NCBI GenBank assembly: GCA_964641125.1
Contig: CAZXMO010000003.1
Coordinates: 29,756-93,755 of the forward strand
Direction: 5' to 3'
From: an uncultured Spirochaetales bacterium
Lineage (GTDB): Bacteria > Spirochaetota > Spirochaetia > SPDA01 > CAZSGZ01
Length of the DNA stretch: 64,000 nucleotides
Under the pieces are notes generated by a model, which was not told the origin of the DNA, did no database searches, and was given only the letters and a program-made list of their open reading frames with translations. Each line of letters opens with the position of its first letter. Position 1 is the first letter of the stretch. This document shows, piece by piece, positions 51,974 to 61,420 of the stretch. A program made the position numbers and the translations under genes.

Positions 51974-53710
51974 TTAACTCAAAACCCCGTCCAGGTAGGC
52001 CCGGATCGTGTCGAGTCGCTGCCGGACCTCTGAAACTCCGGCGTCGAGGTCCTTTCCCTTCCGTGATCTTGCCGAAGCGTAGAACTTGATCTTCGGCTCG
52101 GTTCCCGAAGGGCGCATGGAAATAATCGATTCATCCCGGGTAATGAATTGCAAAACGTTCGACCGGGGCAGATCGATATCCTCTACCCGGCCGTCGGTTT
52201 TATATAGAGCCTTTCCTTCCAGATAGTCTTTGACGGTGGTTACCGGATCGTTCCCTATTTTTTCAGGGGTTTCCGCCCGGAAGGAACGCATGATTTCCTT
52301 GATCTTTTTGCTCCCCTCTTCCCCTTCGAACTTACGGGAGATAAGGATTTCCTCGAAGTAGCCGTGCCGCTTCCACAGCTCCCGCAGGTGATCCATGACG
52401 GTACGCCCCTTCGCTCGGTTGTACAGGGCCATCTCCGCAACCATAGCCGCCGCCCCGACCGCATCCTTGTCCCTGACTTCCGTCCCTACCAGGTAGCCGT
52501 AACTCTCCTCTCCGCCGAAGACATAGCTCCTCGGGGTAGTTTCGAACTCACGGATCTTTCCGGCTATGTACTTGAAGCCGGTCAAAACGTCTTCTACCTC
52601 GGCGCCGTAGGATTCGGCGATGAGCCTCTGCAGCTCGGTGGTGACGATTGTCTTGACGAGGACCGGATGTTCGGGAAGCTTCCCTTTCTCCTCGAGTTGA
52701 GAAAAGATGTAATCACACAGGAGGGCCCCGATCCGGTTACCGCTTAAAAGGGTATACTCACCGCCGTCGGGAACGGCAATACCCAAGCGGTCGCCGTCGG
52801 GATCGGTAGCCATAACCAACTCGGCGTTCTTCTTCTTTGCCAATTCGATGGCCATCTCCAAGGCCTCCGGCTCCTCGGGATTGGGAAACTCCACTGTCGG
52901 GAACTCGCCGTCAGGTTCCCTCTGCTCGGGCACCGTGGTTACCGAGAGTCCCAGCCTTCCTAAGGCCTGTTCCACCGCTTCGGTCCCGGTCCCGTGAAGG
53001 GGTGTATAGACGACGACCGCCTCCGTTCCGTATTGCTCGAGGATTTCCGGATTGAGGGAGTGGCTCTGGATCATCTCGATGTAGGGCTCGTCGATCTCTT
53101 CGTCGATAATCTCGAGGAGCCCCTTCTCCTTCGCTTCGCCGGTTTCGAGAAAATCGATCTCGCCGCTGACCTTTCGTACCTCTTCGATTATCCGGGTATC
53201 GTGGGGACTTATTATCTGGGCACCGTCGGACCAGTACACCTTGTAGCCGTTGTACTCCGGCGGATTATGGCTCGCGGTTATAACGATCCCCGCGGTTGCG
53301 GAGAGCTTCCGAACCGCGAAACTGAGCTCCGGTGTTGGGCGAAGGGACGAAAAGAGATACACCTTGATTCCGGCCGCGTTCAAGACCCCGGCCGCCTCCG
53401 ACGCGAATACATCGGAATAGCGCCTTGAATCGTAGGCAATGACCGCGGATCCTTCACCGGTCTGAGAACGGATGTATTCGGCCAAGCCCTTCGTCGCCTT
53501 CCGGATAATGTAGGTATTCATCCGGTTATATCCGCCTCCGATTTTGCCCCGTATACCTCCGGTCCCGAAGTCGAGCTCGGTATAGAACCGGTCGGAGAGC
53601 TCATCCCATGCTTCTTCGTTCAAGAGCTCCCTCACCTCACTCCTGAAAGTCTCGTTTTTCTCGAGTTCGATGTACTCGTGTGCTTTTTTTCGGATCGAAT
53701 CGTCTTTCAT
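51974..53710 (-). CDS. Phosphoglucomutase/phosphomannomutase-family phospho-sugar mutase
   Basis: Active-site GIVITASHNPPEYNGYK, metal loop ATDPDGDR, sugar loop GGEESYG. Confidence 0.88.
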   Translation of the reverse strand: MKDDSIRKKAHEYIELEKNETFRSEVRELLNEEAWDELSDRFYTELDFGTGGIRGKIGGGYNRMNTYIIRKATKGLAEYIRSQTGEGSAVIAYDSRRYSDVFASEAAGVLNAAGIKVYLFSSLRPTPELSFAVRKLSATAGIVITASHNPPEYNGYKVYWSDGAQIISPHDTRIIEEVRKVSGEIDFLETGEAKEKGLLEIIDEEIDEPYIEMIQSHSLNPEILEQYGTEAVVVYTPLHGTGTEAVEQALGRLGLSVTTVPEQREPDGEFPTVEFPNPEEPEALEMAIELAKKKNAELVMATDPDGDRLGIAVPDGGEYTLLSGNRIGALLCDYIFSQLEEKGKLPEHPVLVKTIVTTELQRLIAESYGAEVEDVLTGFKYIAGKIREFETTPRSYVFGGEESYGYLVGTEVRDKDAVGAAAMVAEMALYNRAKGRTVMDHLRELWKRHGYFEEILISRKFEGEEGSKKIKEIMRSFRAETPEKIGNDPVTTVKDYLEGKALYKTDGRVEDIDLPRSNVLQFITRDESIISMRPSGTEPKIKFYASARSRKGKDLDAGVSEVRQRLDTIRAYLDGVLS

Positions 53711-53718
53711 ACTTTCCC

Positions 53719-54381
53719 CTATTTTAGAATCATTCGGACCGGTATTTCCCGAGGTTCTTCGATAATGAGCTCCGCCCCCTCCCGAAGGAGCTCCTCGGGC
53801 GGCCGGAATCCCCAGGACACCCCTACGGGAATCATTCCCGCCGCTCGGGCGGTGTGCATGTCTACTGTCGAATCTCCGATGAACAAGACTTTTTTGGGAG
53901 GAACTCCCATCGATTCCGCGATCTCCAGGGCCGATCGGGGATCCGGCTTCTTGGGTGCGCCGTCGACGGCCCCCCGGACGACCGCGAACCGTTTTCCAGG
54001 AAGAATTCTCTCGACAACCCGGCGTGCCACCGGATCGGCCTTGTTCGAGAGGACCGACATAGGAATCCCTCCTTCCTCGAGCTCGTCGAGCATCGAAAGG
54101 ATGCCCGGATAGGGCCGCGTCTTGATAACCGGTTCCCGGGTGTATCGGCGAAGGAGCTCGGCGGCAAGGGCGTTCACCGTTTCATCACGGCGGCGGTCCT
54201 CGGGAAGGGCCCGCACAATCAGATTCGTCAAACCCCAGCCGACCATATCCCGGTACGCCTCCTCGGCATGCCCGGGAAAGCCGTTGTCCGCAAGAACGGC
54301 GTTGGTTACGTCGGTAAGGTCCGCCAAGGTGTCCGCCAGAGTTCCGTCCAGATCGAAGATTATTGCTCGAGGTCCGTTCAT
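53719..54381 (-). CDS. HAD-superfamily phosphatase (phosphoglycolate phosphatase-like)
   Basis: IIFDLDGTLADT motif I, SNK motif, GDSTVD motif IV. Start chosen at ATG 54381. Confidence 0.8.
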   Translation of the reverse strand: MNGPRAIIFDLDGTLADTLADLTDVTNAVLADNGFPGHAEEAYRDMVGWGLTNLIVRALPEDRRRDETVNALAAELLRRYTREPVIKTRPYPGILSMLDELEEGGIPMSVLSNKADPVARRVVERILPGKRFAVVRGAVDGAPKKPDPRSALEIAESMGVPPKKVLFIGDSTVDMHTARAAGMIPVGVSWGFRPPEELLREGAELIIEEPREIPVRMILK

Positions 54382-54476
54382 TTTTCCCACATTAAAGAAA
54401 ATAGTTACACACCATGAAAGAGTCAACAGGACAAGCCGAGGTGACGCGGCCGGTAAAAACCGATAGAGTAATCCCT

Positions 54477-55577
54477 ATGAAACTGCGTGTCCTTTTCTTA
54501 GAACCCTTCTACGGGGGGTCTCACAGAGCCTTTGCCGACGGACTTGTTTCTTTTTCACGTCACCACATCGATCTGGTGACCCTCCCGGCCCGGTTTTGGA
54601 AGTGGCGGATGCGCGGCGCCGCGCTTCATTTCGTCCGCACCGTCCCGGCCCCCGAGCTCTACGACCTGATAATCGTCTCCGATCTCATGTCGCTGTCGGA
54701 CCTCAAGAGCTTGTGGGGAAGCCGGTGTCCGGCGAGTATCGTTTATTTCCACGAGAGCCAGCTCTCCTATCCCCTGCCCCCGGGAGAGCGGATGGATTAC
54801 CATTTCGGATTCACCGACATCACTTCCTGCCTGACAGCTGATAAAATCGTATTCAACTCCCGTTTCCACTATTCGCGCTTCTTCGAGGAGCTGCCCAAAT
54901 TCATCAGGAAGATGCCGGAGTTCAAACCGACGTGGGTACCCGAAGAGATAGAGCCCAAGAGTGTGATTCTCTACCCGGGGTGCGATTTCGGTCTTTCCGG
55001 CGGCACCGAGCCTTCAGGCCACACCGGCGGTCCCCTTATCGTATGGAACCACCGGTGGGAGTTCGACAAGAATCCGGGGCTTTTCTTCGATGTTCTCTAC
55101 CGAGCCGCCGAGGCGGGATTAGACTTCCAATTGGCTCTCCTGGGAGAGAATTTCCAGACGGTGCCGAAGCCTTTTTTAGAGGCGAAGGACCGGCTCGGGG
55201 ACCGCCTACTTCACTACGGCTATGTGGAAGACCGGAAGGCTTATATGCAAATCCTCGAAGAAGCCGACATCGTTATAAGTACTTCCATCCAGGAGAACTT
55301 CGGCTATTCCGTAGTCGAAGCGATACGGGCGGGGTGCTATCCCCTCCTCCCCGAACGGCTCTCCTATCCGGAGATACTACCCGAAGAATATCATGACCGC
55401 TGCCTCTATGCCGGCGAAGCGGAACTCCTAGAAAAGCTCTTCGCCCTGCTCGGAGATGAAAAAGTCCCGAACCTCCGGGAGCTCTCGAGCTCTATGGACC
55501 GCTTCGATTGGAAGACCATGGCCCCCCTCTACGACGAGCTCTTCGAAGGCACCGCGGCGGAGGGTTCGAATGGGTAA
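54477..55577 (+). CDS. DUF3524 + GT4 glycosyltransferase, GTDC1/QTMAN-like (putative tRNA-queuosine glycosyltransferase homologue)
   Basis: Collinear with my recollection of human GTDC1: LEPFYGGSH, LPARFWKWRMRG, VYFHESQLSYP, IVFNS, IVWNHRWEFDKNP, LLGENF, ISTSIQENFGYSVVEA, GCYPLLP, YPEILPEEY. Start taken at ATG 54477. Confidence 0.7.
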   Translation: MKLRVLFLEPFYGGSHRAFADGLVSFSRHHIDLVTLPARFWKWRMRGAALHFVRTVPAPELYDLIIVSDLMSLSDLKSLWGSRCPASIVYFHESQLSYPLPPGERMDYHFGFTDITSCLTADKIVFNSRFHYSRFFEELPKFIRKMPEFKPTWVPEEIEPKSVILYPGCDFGLSGGTEPSGHTGGPLIVWNHRWEFDKNPGLFFDVLYRAAEAGLDFQLALLGENFQTVPKPFLEAKDRLGDRLLHYGYVEDRKAYMQILEEADIVISTSIQENFGYSVVEAIRAGCYPLLPERLSYPEILPEEYHDRCLYAGEAELLEKLFALLGDEKVPNLRELSSSMDRFDWKTMAPLYDELFEGTAAEGSNG

Positions 55578-56385
55578 GACCCCCAAGGGAGCCGAGGGAT
55601 TCGAGCGGTTCTACCGGGAGATGTACGGGGTGCGATGGCCCGCCATGAAAACGGCCCTCCTCGAGGAACCGAAGCGGATCCCCTACTCCGAGGGCCTTCT
55701 CAAGCCCTACTTTCTCGATTACGGGTCCTACCTCGCCGCCCGGGCGGTGGAACCGGAACAGGGTGATTCGATTCTCGATATGTGCGCGGCCCCCGGGGGA
55801 AAGAGCCTGATCCTCGCCGCGGCACTCGGGGGAAAGGGTAATCTTACCAGCAACGATCGATCGGCGGCCCGGAGAAGGCGGCTCATAAACGTTCTCGACG
55901 AGCACCTGCCGGCGGAATCTCGGCGAACGGTGAGAGTAACAGGCCACGACGCGGCGCGGTGGTGTCTCTATGAACAGGATGCCTACGACAAGGTTCTCCT
56001 CGACGCTCCCTGCTCTTCGGAACGTCATCTTCTTCATTCTCCCAAGCACCTTGCCGGATGGTCCCCCGCTAGAACCCGACACCTTGCCCAACAGGCCTAC
56101 GCCTTCCTGGTTTCGGCGCTCAGAACCGCTAAACCCGGCGGTATCCTGGTATACAGCACCTGTACAATATCGGTACGGGAGAACGATGAGGTACTCGCCA
56201 AACTTTTTGCAAAATATCCCGATGCGGCGAAAATTGTACCTGTGTCGATCGAGGAGGGAAGCTCGACAGCTTACGGTCGGTTGATTCTTCCCGATGCGGA
56301 TGGGGGTATGGGACCTATGTATATAGCATGTCTCAGGAAGCGCCCAGCGGGCGGGTCCGACGAACCGGAGAGAGCTGAAAATTGA
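55570..56385 (+). CDS. RsmB/NOP2/NSUN-family SAM-dependent RNA (cytosine-C5) methyltransferase, compact form
   Basis: DMCAAPGGKS (SAM motif I), LLDAPCSSE (motif IV Cys), YSTCTIS (motif VI Cys). ATG 55570 overlaps the upstream stop by 8 nt. Confidence 0.8.
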   Translation: MGKTPKGAEGFERFYREMYGVRWPAMKTALLEEPKRIPYSEGLLKPYFLDYGSYLAARAVEPEQGDSILDMCAAPGGKSLILAAALGGKGNLTSNDRSAARRRRLINVLDEHLPAESRRTVRVTGHDAARWCLYEQDAYDKVLLDAPCSSERHLLHSPKHLAGWSPARTRHLAQQAYAFLVSALRTAKPGGILVYSTCTISVRENDEVLAKLFAKYPDAAKIVPVSIEEGSSTAYGRLILPDADGGMGPMYIACLRKRPAGGSDEPERAEN

Positions 56386-56890
56386 CTCCCGTCTTGACGC
56401 TCGTGGCGGTGTTGATCCAGCCGGGGGAGCCGATCAGAAGGTCCTGCTGAAGATAGAAGAACCACGCCATAAAATCGTGGACCCTCAAGCGGAATCCCCC
56501 TCTCAAGGAAGGGCCCATGAAGAATCTCAAGCCCGCTTCGTTGTAGAGAGGGTCAGGCTCCGGATTGAGGACAAAAACCGGGTTGATCCCTACCCCCACG
56601 AAGAATATCGGGTTGGAGTTGCCGAAGAAAAAATCTATCCCTCCGTAGACGGGCAAGTAGAATCGGGGCCTCTCCACCGGTCCCCGAACCGGCCATAGAG
56701 CAAAGTCGAAACCGAAATTCAGTTCCATTCCACGGGCAAGGACAATGTGGAACGCCGCGTGTGTCGCGAGGTAGATTTCGGCGTAATTGAATGTAGAAAA
56801 GCCGAGACCTACGGAAATCGAAGAGCCCATTGCCGGAACGGCCGCGACGACGAGGATTATAATGAAAACCCCGAGGACCGCCCGTTTCAT
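56333..56890 (-). CDS. Small secreted, possibly outer-membrane beta-barrel-like hypothetical protein
   Basis: Signal peptide MKRAVLGVFIIILVVAAVPAMG, then alternating aromatic/Gly-rich segments. ATG 56890 overlaps the glyA stop (ATGA). The longer track ORF is an over-extension. Confidence 0.5.
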   Translation of the reverse strand: MKRAVLGVFIIILVVAAVPAMGSSISVGLGFSTFNYAEIYLATHAAFHIVLARGMELNFGFDFALWPVRGPVERPRFYLPVYGGIDFFFGNSNPIFFVGVGINPVFVLNPEPDPLYNEAGLRFFMGPSLRGGFRLRVHDFMAWFFYLQQDLLIGSPGWINTATSVKTGVNFQLSPVRRTRPLGAS

Positions 56891-58377
56891 ATTGCGTTTC
56901 TCAAAAAATCCAGATCTATTCCCGGATAGACCGGAAACCGATCGAGAAGTTTCTGGACCCGCCCCCGCGCCGATTCCCGTATTCCCTCGTCGAGGACGTA
57001 CTTGGACGATTTCTTGCCGTTGCGGGAGAGAGACCGGGTCTTCGTTATCACAGCGGAGAGGACCTCGGCGATCTCGTCCATCTCTTCCAACCCCATGCCG
57101 AGGGTGGTCACCGCGGGAGTACCTATTCTCAGCCCGCTGGTGTACCAGGGACCGTTGGGGTCGTAGGGGATGGAGTTTCGATTCAAGGTTATCCCGCACT
57201 CCCTCATGGCCGATTCAGCCTGCCGTCCGTTCAACCCGAAGGGGCGTACGTCGATAAGCATCAGGTGATTGTCGGTACCGCCGGTGACGAGCTCGATTCC
57301 CCGCTTCATAAGAGAAGCGGCCAACCCCTTCGCGTTCTCGATGATACGCTTCGCGTACTCCCGGTACTCCGGGGTATTGGCCTCGGTCATGGCCACCGCT
57401 TTCGCCGCGAGGATGTGGGGAAGCGGTCCGCCGATAACCAAGGGGCATCCCTTATTGACGGCGTCTTTGAACTCTTCGGTACACAGAATCAATCCTCCCC
57501 GCGGACCCCGCAGGGTCTTGTGGGTAGTGGCGGTAATCACGTCGGCGTAGGGGACGGGATCGAACACCCCGGTCAGGGCCTTGCCGGCGACCAGACCGCC
57601 GAAGTGGGCCATGTCGACCATGAGAACGGCGTTCACGGTATCGGCTATTTCCCGCATCCGTTTAAAATCGATAAGCCGAGGATAAGCGCTGTATCCGGTC
57701 AGGAGAATGAGGGGCTCGATCTCTCTCACCTGTTTTTCCAATTCGTCGTAATCGATGAGCCCGGTCTGCCTGCTTACTCCGTACGAGTGGGCGTCGAACA
57801 TCCGGGCGGATATATTGTGCCGGTATCCGTGGGTCAGGTGTCCCCCGGAATAATAGTCCATGCCCAGGAGACGCTGATTACCGCTCAACTTTCTGAGCTC
57901 ACTCCAGTCCGCATCCGTGAGTTTCGAGGGGTTCATCTCCCCGACCTTCTCGAAAAAGGGAAGCTCCACCCGAGTATGGAGTATTGCCCAGTAGGCCATA
58001 AGGTTGGCATCGGCACCGCTGTGGGGCTGCACATAGGCATGCTCACACCCGAACAGCTTCATCGCCTCGGTGGCGGCATGCTCCTCTACGGCATCTACGT
58101 TGTTACATCCGGCATAGAACCGGTGGTGCGGGTACCCCTCGGCGTACTTGTCGGTGAGCAGGTTCGCCATGGCCGCTTGAGAAGCGACACTGGTATAGTT
58201 CTCGCTCGCGATGAGCTTGAGATTACTCCGCTGATCGGCCAATTCCTGGATAACGGCCCCTGCGATTTTTGGGGATACCTCCGCTATTTTGGAAATATTC
58301 GCGAGATAGACGACAAAGTCGGTATCGACCGATTCCGGCGTTTTCTGCTTGAGATAGCTATCTACAAGGTTAGTCAC
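56887..58377 (-). CDS. glyA: Serine hydroxymethyltransferase (long form, 496 aa)
   Basis: LIASENYTS and the PLP-lysine context TTHKTLRGPRGG. GTG start with an AGGAG RBS. Confidence 0.88.
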   Translation of the reverse strand: MTNLVDSYLKQKTPESVDTDFVVYLANISKIAEVSPKIAGAVIQELADQRSNLKLIASENYTSVASQAAMANLLTDKYAEGYPHHRFYAGCNNVDAVEEHAATEAMKLFGCEHAYVQPHSGADANLMAYWAILHTRVELPFFEKVGEMNPSKLTDADWSELRKLSGNQRLLGMDYYSGGHLTHGYRHNISARMFDAHSYGVSRQTGLIDYDELEKQVREIEPLILLTGYSAYPRLIDFKRMREIADTVNAVLMVDMAHFGGLVAGKALTGVFDPVPYADVITATTHKTLRGPRGGLILCTEEFKDAVNKGCPLVIGGPLPHILAAKAVAMTEANTPEYREYAKRIIENAKGLAASLMKRGIELVTGGTDNHLMLIDVRPFGLNGRQAESAMRECGITLNRNSIPYDPNGPWYTSGLRIGTPAVTTLGMGLEEMDEIAEVLSAVITKTRSLSRNGKKSSKYVLDEGIRESARGRVQKLLDRFPVYPGIDLDFLRNAI

Positions 58378-58450
58378 TTTTTTATCTCCTGAACATTGAC
58401 TCGTTTGTACTGGCGTTGGATGTCTATAGTATAGGGATTAGAAATCCCTT

Positions 58451-59416
58451 TCAAGACTTTTTCTTCCTTCTTGGCGGGGCAAACTGCTTCAAACGGGCCT
58501 CGATGAGGGCCAGCTCTTCCTCGAGGGGAAAGAGGAAAGAATTACTCAGTCCTCTCAGGTGCGAAGGTTCGAGGATCCTTCGGGTCCTCTCCTCGAACTC
58601 TTCGAAAATACGGTGGATCATTTCGATATTACCCGCCAGTTTTTTGAGATGGATTTCCCCCTCCCTCAGATCTGCGCACGGATATGTTCGCTCCTGGAGC
58701 TCAGTAAGTGCTTCCCTGGTTTCACGAACCCTTCTCCACGAATCCTCGGTGATACCTTCGATATCCTTCAAGAAAAGATCCACCTCTTTTGAGGCCTTGT
58801 ATACGGAAAAATCCCGGGCGGTCTCGGCGCCTATAATTCGATGAAGCATCCGCAGCCATGGACGTCGGGGCTCTTCGATAAAAACGATCGAATCATCCCC
58901 CGGACGGGCTGTGACCACATCGGTATCAAATCGTTCTTCGATATATCCCGCGATCTCTTCTGTTGTGCCGATGTTTCCCCCGGCTCGGGTTTTCAGAAGC
59001 ATAAGAGGGCCTCCATCGGTGTAGAGGGAGAAAAGATCCTCGAGTATCTCGTCTAGCAGCTGCCTTCCCCCTATCGCCGCCGGATCGAGCTTCGGGACCA
59101 TCGAATCGTTCGAACCGATACCCATATACTCGAAACATCCGGATTCTATGACGAGGTCGCTGAGGATCCGGGGATCGACAACCGGCAGAAACGACACCCC
59201 TTCGGTCCCGCTTTTCTTAAGGAGACCTTGTACACACTCTTCGGGATACTTGTAGGACGATCCGAATCTGGATCCCAGGGTCCACGGGTAGAATCTGCTC
59301 CACTCGATCCCCCAGGCATCCGCCCCGAGGGCTTTGAAAAAGCCGGGGAGCTTGGCAAGAAAATCGGGCTCCCCGGGAAATCGATCCATATACAGGATAA
59401 ACGTCTTTACTCCCAC
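58451..59416 (-). CDS. Hypothetical protein
   Basis: 321-aa ORF with normal composition. No motif that I can assign. Confidence 0.45.
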   Translation of the reverse strand: MGVKTFILYMDRFPGEPDFLAKLPGFFKALGADAWGIEWSRFYPWTLGSRFGSSYKYPEECVQGLLKKSGTEGVSFLPVVDPRILSDLVIESGCFEYMGIGSNDSMVPKLDPAAIGGRQLLDEILEDLFSLYTDGGPLMLLKTRAGGNIGTTEEIAGYIEERFDTDVVTARPGDDSIVFIEEPRRPWLRMLHRIIGAETARDFSVYKASKEVDLFLKDIEGITEDSWRRVRETREALTELQERTYPCADLREGEIHLKKLAGNIEMIHRIFEEFEERTRRILEPSHLRGLSNSFLFPLEEELALIEARLKQFAPPRRKKKS

Positions 59417-59482
59417 CCGTATATTCTACATTCTATTGAATCCTTTTCAAAGTCATTGTATAAAAAACCCCAAGGAGGAACC

Positions 59483-60808
59483 ATGAAGGCCGAAGAAACA
59501 TTGCGAAGTATCGGACTGAAAATACCCGAGATCCACCTGCCCGCGAGCCGGGTCGATCTGAAGAAATGGGCGGTCATAGCCTGCGATCAGTTTACCTCCG
59601 AACCCTCCTACTGGCGGGAGGTGGAACGGATCGTTGATGGTGAACCCTCGACATATCACATGATTCTTCCCGAATCCGACCTCGAGTCTCCCGAAAAAGA
59701 TGCGAAAATCGACAGGATCCGGAAAACCATGGAGTATTACCGCAGTGAGGATATCCTCGTTTCAGCGGGGTCCGGGGGCATGCTGGTAAAGCGCTCGACT
59801 CCCTTTTCTCCCGACAGGTGGGGCCTCGTCGCCGCCCTGGACTTGGAGCACTACGATTTTACGCCGGGGTCGGTAAGTCTCATCCGGGCTACCGAAAAAA
59901 CCATCCTTGAGCGAATTCCTCCCCGCAGAGCGATCCGGGAGGACGCCGTCTTCGAGCTACCCCACATCATGGTACTCATCGACGATCCTGAGCACACCGT
60001 AATCCGTCCTCTCGCGGATGCATACGGCGATTTAGAGGAAAAGTATTCTTTTCCCCTCATGCTCGGGGGAGGACACGTATCCGGGTTCTTTCTCCCCCCC
60101 GGGAAGGCGTGGGAACAGATCGGCGGAGCCCTCACAGCCCTCGCCGATCCGGCTGATTTCGAGTCTAAATACGGTGCTACCAATCCCCTTCTTTTCGCCA
60201 TGGGAGACGGCAATCACTCCCTTGCCACCGCTAAGACGGTGTGGGAAGACCTCAAGGAATCCCTACCCGGGGGTGTTTTCGAGGAACATCCGGCTCGTTG
60301 GGCCTTGGTGGAAATCGTTAATCTCTACGACCCGGGCCTCGTCTTCCACCCTATTCACCGCATCCTCTCACGTATCCGGACGGAGTCGCTGATGGAGGCT
60401 TTCGAATCGGCGGGCTGGAAGATCACCCAACTCTCCTACGGCACCTCCCTTCCCGGACCTGCCGCCGAGGATTCGCATACCGCCGTTGTCCATACCGGAG
60501 GAAACCGCTACGGACTCGAACTAGTCGAGCCGCGGCTCGATTTCCCCGTAGAGTCGATCGACGCCGTCTTGAACGCATATATGGAATCCGAACCCGGGTC
60601 GCATATCGACTATGTTCATGACGAGGAGACCGTCCGTGAGGCCGGATCAAAGGACGACGGCGCCGGATTCTTTCTGCCCGATTTCCCCAAGGATGAGTTG
60701 TTTCCCGCGGTTGTTTCCAAGGGAGCCCTTCCCCGAAAATCCTTTTCCCTGGGACATTCCCGGGAGAAGCGGTACTATCTGGAGGCTCGAAAGATTACTC
60801 GGGAATAA
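59483..60808 (+). CDS. DUF1015-family protein
   Basis: From ATG 59483 (AAGGAGG RBS): …KKWAVIACDQFTS…, …LFAMGDGNHSLATAK… and …HPIHR… are characteristic of DUF1015. Confidence 0.7.
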   Translation: MKAEETLRSIGLKIPEIHLPASRVDLKKWAVIACDQFTSEPSYWREVERIVDGEPSTYHMILPESDLESPEKDAKIDRIRKTMEYYRSEDILVSAGSGGMLVKRSTPFSPDRWGLVAALDLEHYDFTPGSVSLIRATEKTILERIPPRRAIREDAVFELPHIMVLIDDPEHTVIRPLADAYGDLEEKYSFPLMLGGGHVSGFFLPPGKAWEQIGGALTALADPADFESKYGATNPLLFAMGDGNHSLATAKTVWEDLKESLPGGVFEEHPARWALVEIVNLYDPGLVFHPIHRILSRIRTESLMEAFESAGWKITQLSYGTSLPGPAAEDSHTAVVHTGGNRYGLELVEPRLDFPVESIDAVLNAYMESEPGSHIDYVHDEETVREAGSKDDGAGFFLPDFPKDELFPAVVSKGALPRKSFSLGHSREKRYYLEARKITRE

Positions 60809-60814
60809 AGGTGC

Positions 60815-61285
60815 TCATCGGCTCCGCGAGTCGACGCCTTTCCGTCTGGAGAGGGTCATTACCAGGAACATTAAGAGCGCCGAGGCGAGGCCGAGGCTTC
60901 TGAATAGCTTCTTTCGCGTGTCCTGAGATATTTCCCACCGTATGATTTTTCCTACAGCGTAGTGGTTCTTTCGGTTTTCGTAACCTTCGATGTGGATAAT
61001 ACCCTCATCTGGCTCGAAGTATCCTATTCGTCTGGACTCGAGGCGGATATATTCAGCCTCCGAGCGCAGGAGGTCTATCTCCGTATGAAGACGTCGGTTG
61101 GTTTCCTGTATCTCCTCGAGATTCCGTACGAGCTTTTCGCTGTAAGCCCTGAGCTCACCCAATGCCGTGAGTCCCGATTGACCGTAAACCAGCGTAAGAA
61201 GGGAATAAACGGCGTAGCCTATGTAGAGCGATATGATGATTCGAGACCCGGTCTTCATACTTGTAATAACGGATAGTTCGATCAT
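60815..61285 (-). CDS. FtsB/DivIC-like septum formation initiator family protein
   Basis: N-terminal TM helix followed by a coiled coil (…LRAYSEKLVRNLEEIQETNRRLHTEIDLLRSEAEYI…). The start codon is uncertain. Confidence 0.55.
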   Translation of the reverse strand: MIELSVITSMKTGSRIIISLYIGYAVYSLLTLVYGQSGLTALGELRAYSEKLVRNLEEIQETNRRLHTEIDLLRSEAEYIRLESRRIGYFEPDEGIIHIEGYENRKNHYAVGKIIRWEISQDTRKKLFRSLGLASALLMFLVMTLSRRKGVDSRSR

Positions 61286-61420
61286 AATCTTGAGTTCCGG
61301 GGGATCCTGTATATTGTTGCGATTAATGCTAATATTGTATATAGTGAAATTATCTATAAACGCGAATACCGGTTATACCGATAATTGGGGAAGGCAGAGC
61401 ATTTTTTTCAGGAGTAAGTA

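Noticed and set aside
58432-58450. Hairpin AGGGATT-TCT-AATCCCT between the hypothetical gene and glyA, considered as an intrinsic terminator.
   Set aside because: No U-tract follows on the transcribed (minus) strand. The hairpin falls inside the 17-nt spacer of a possible TTGAAA/TACTAT glyA promoter. The evidence is too weak to call either feature.
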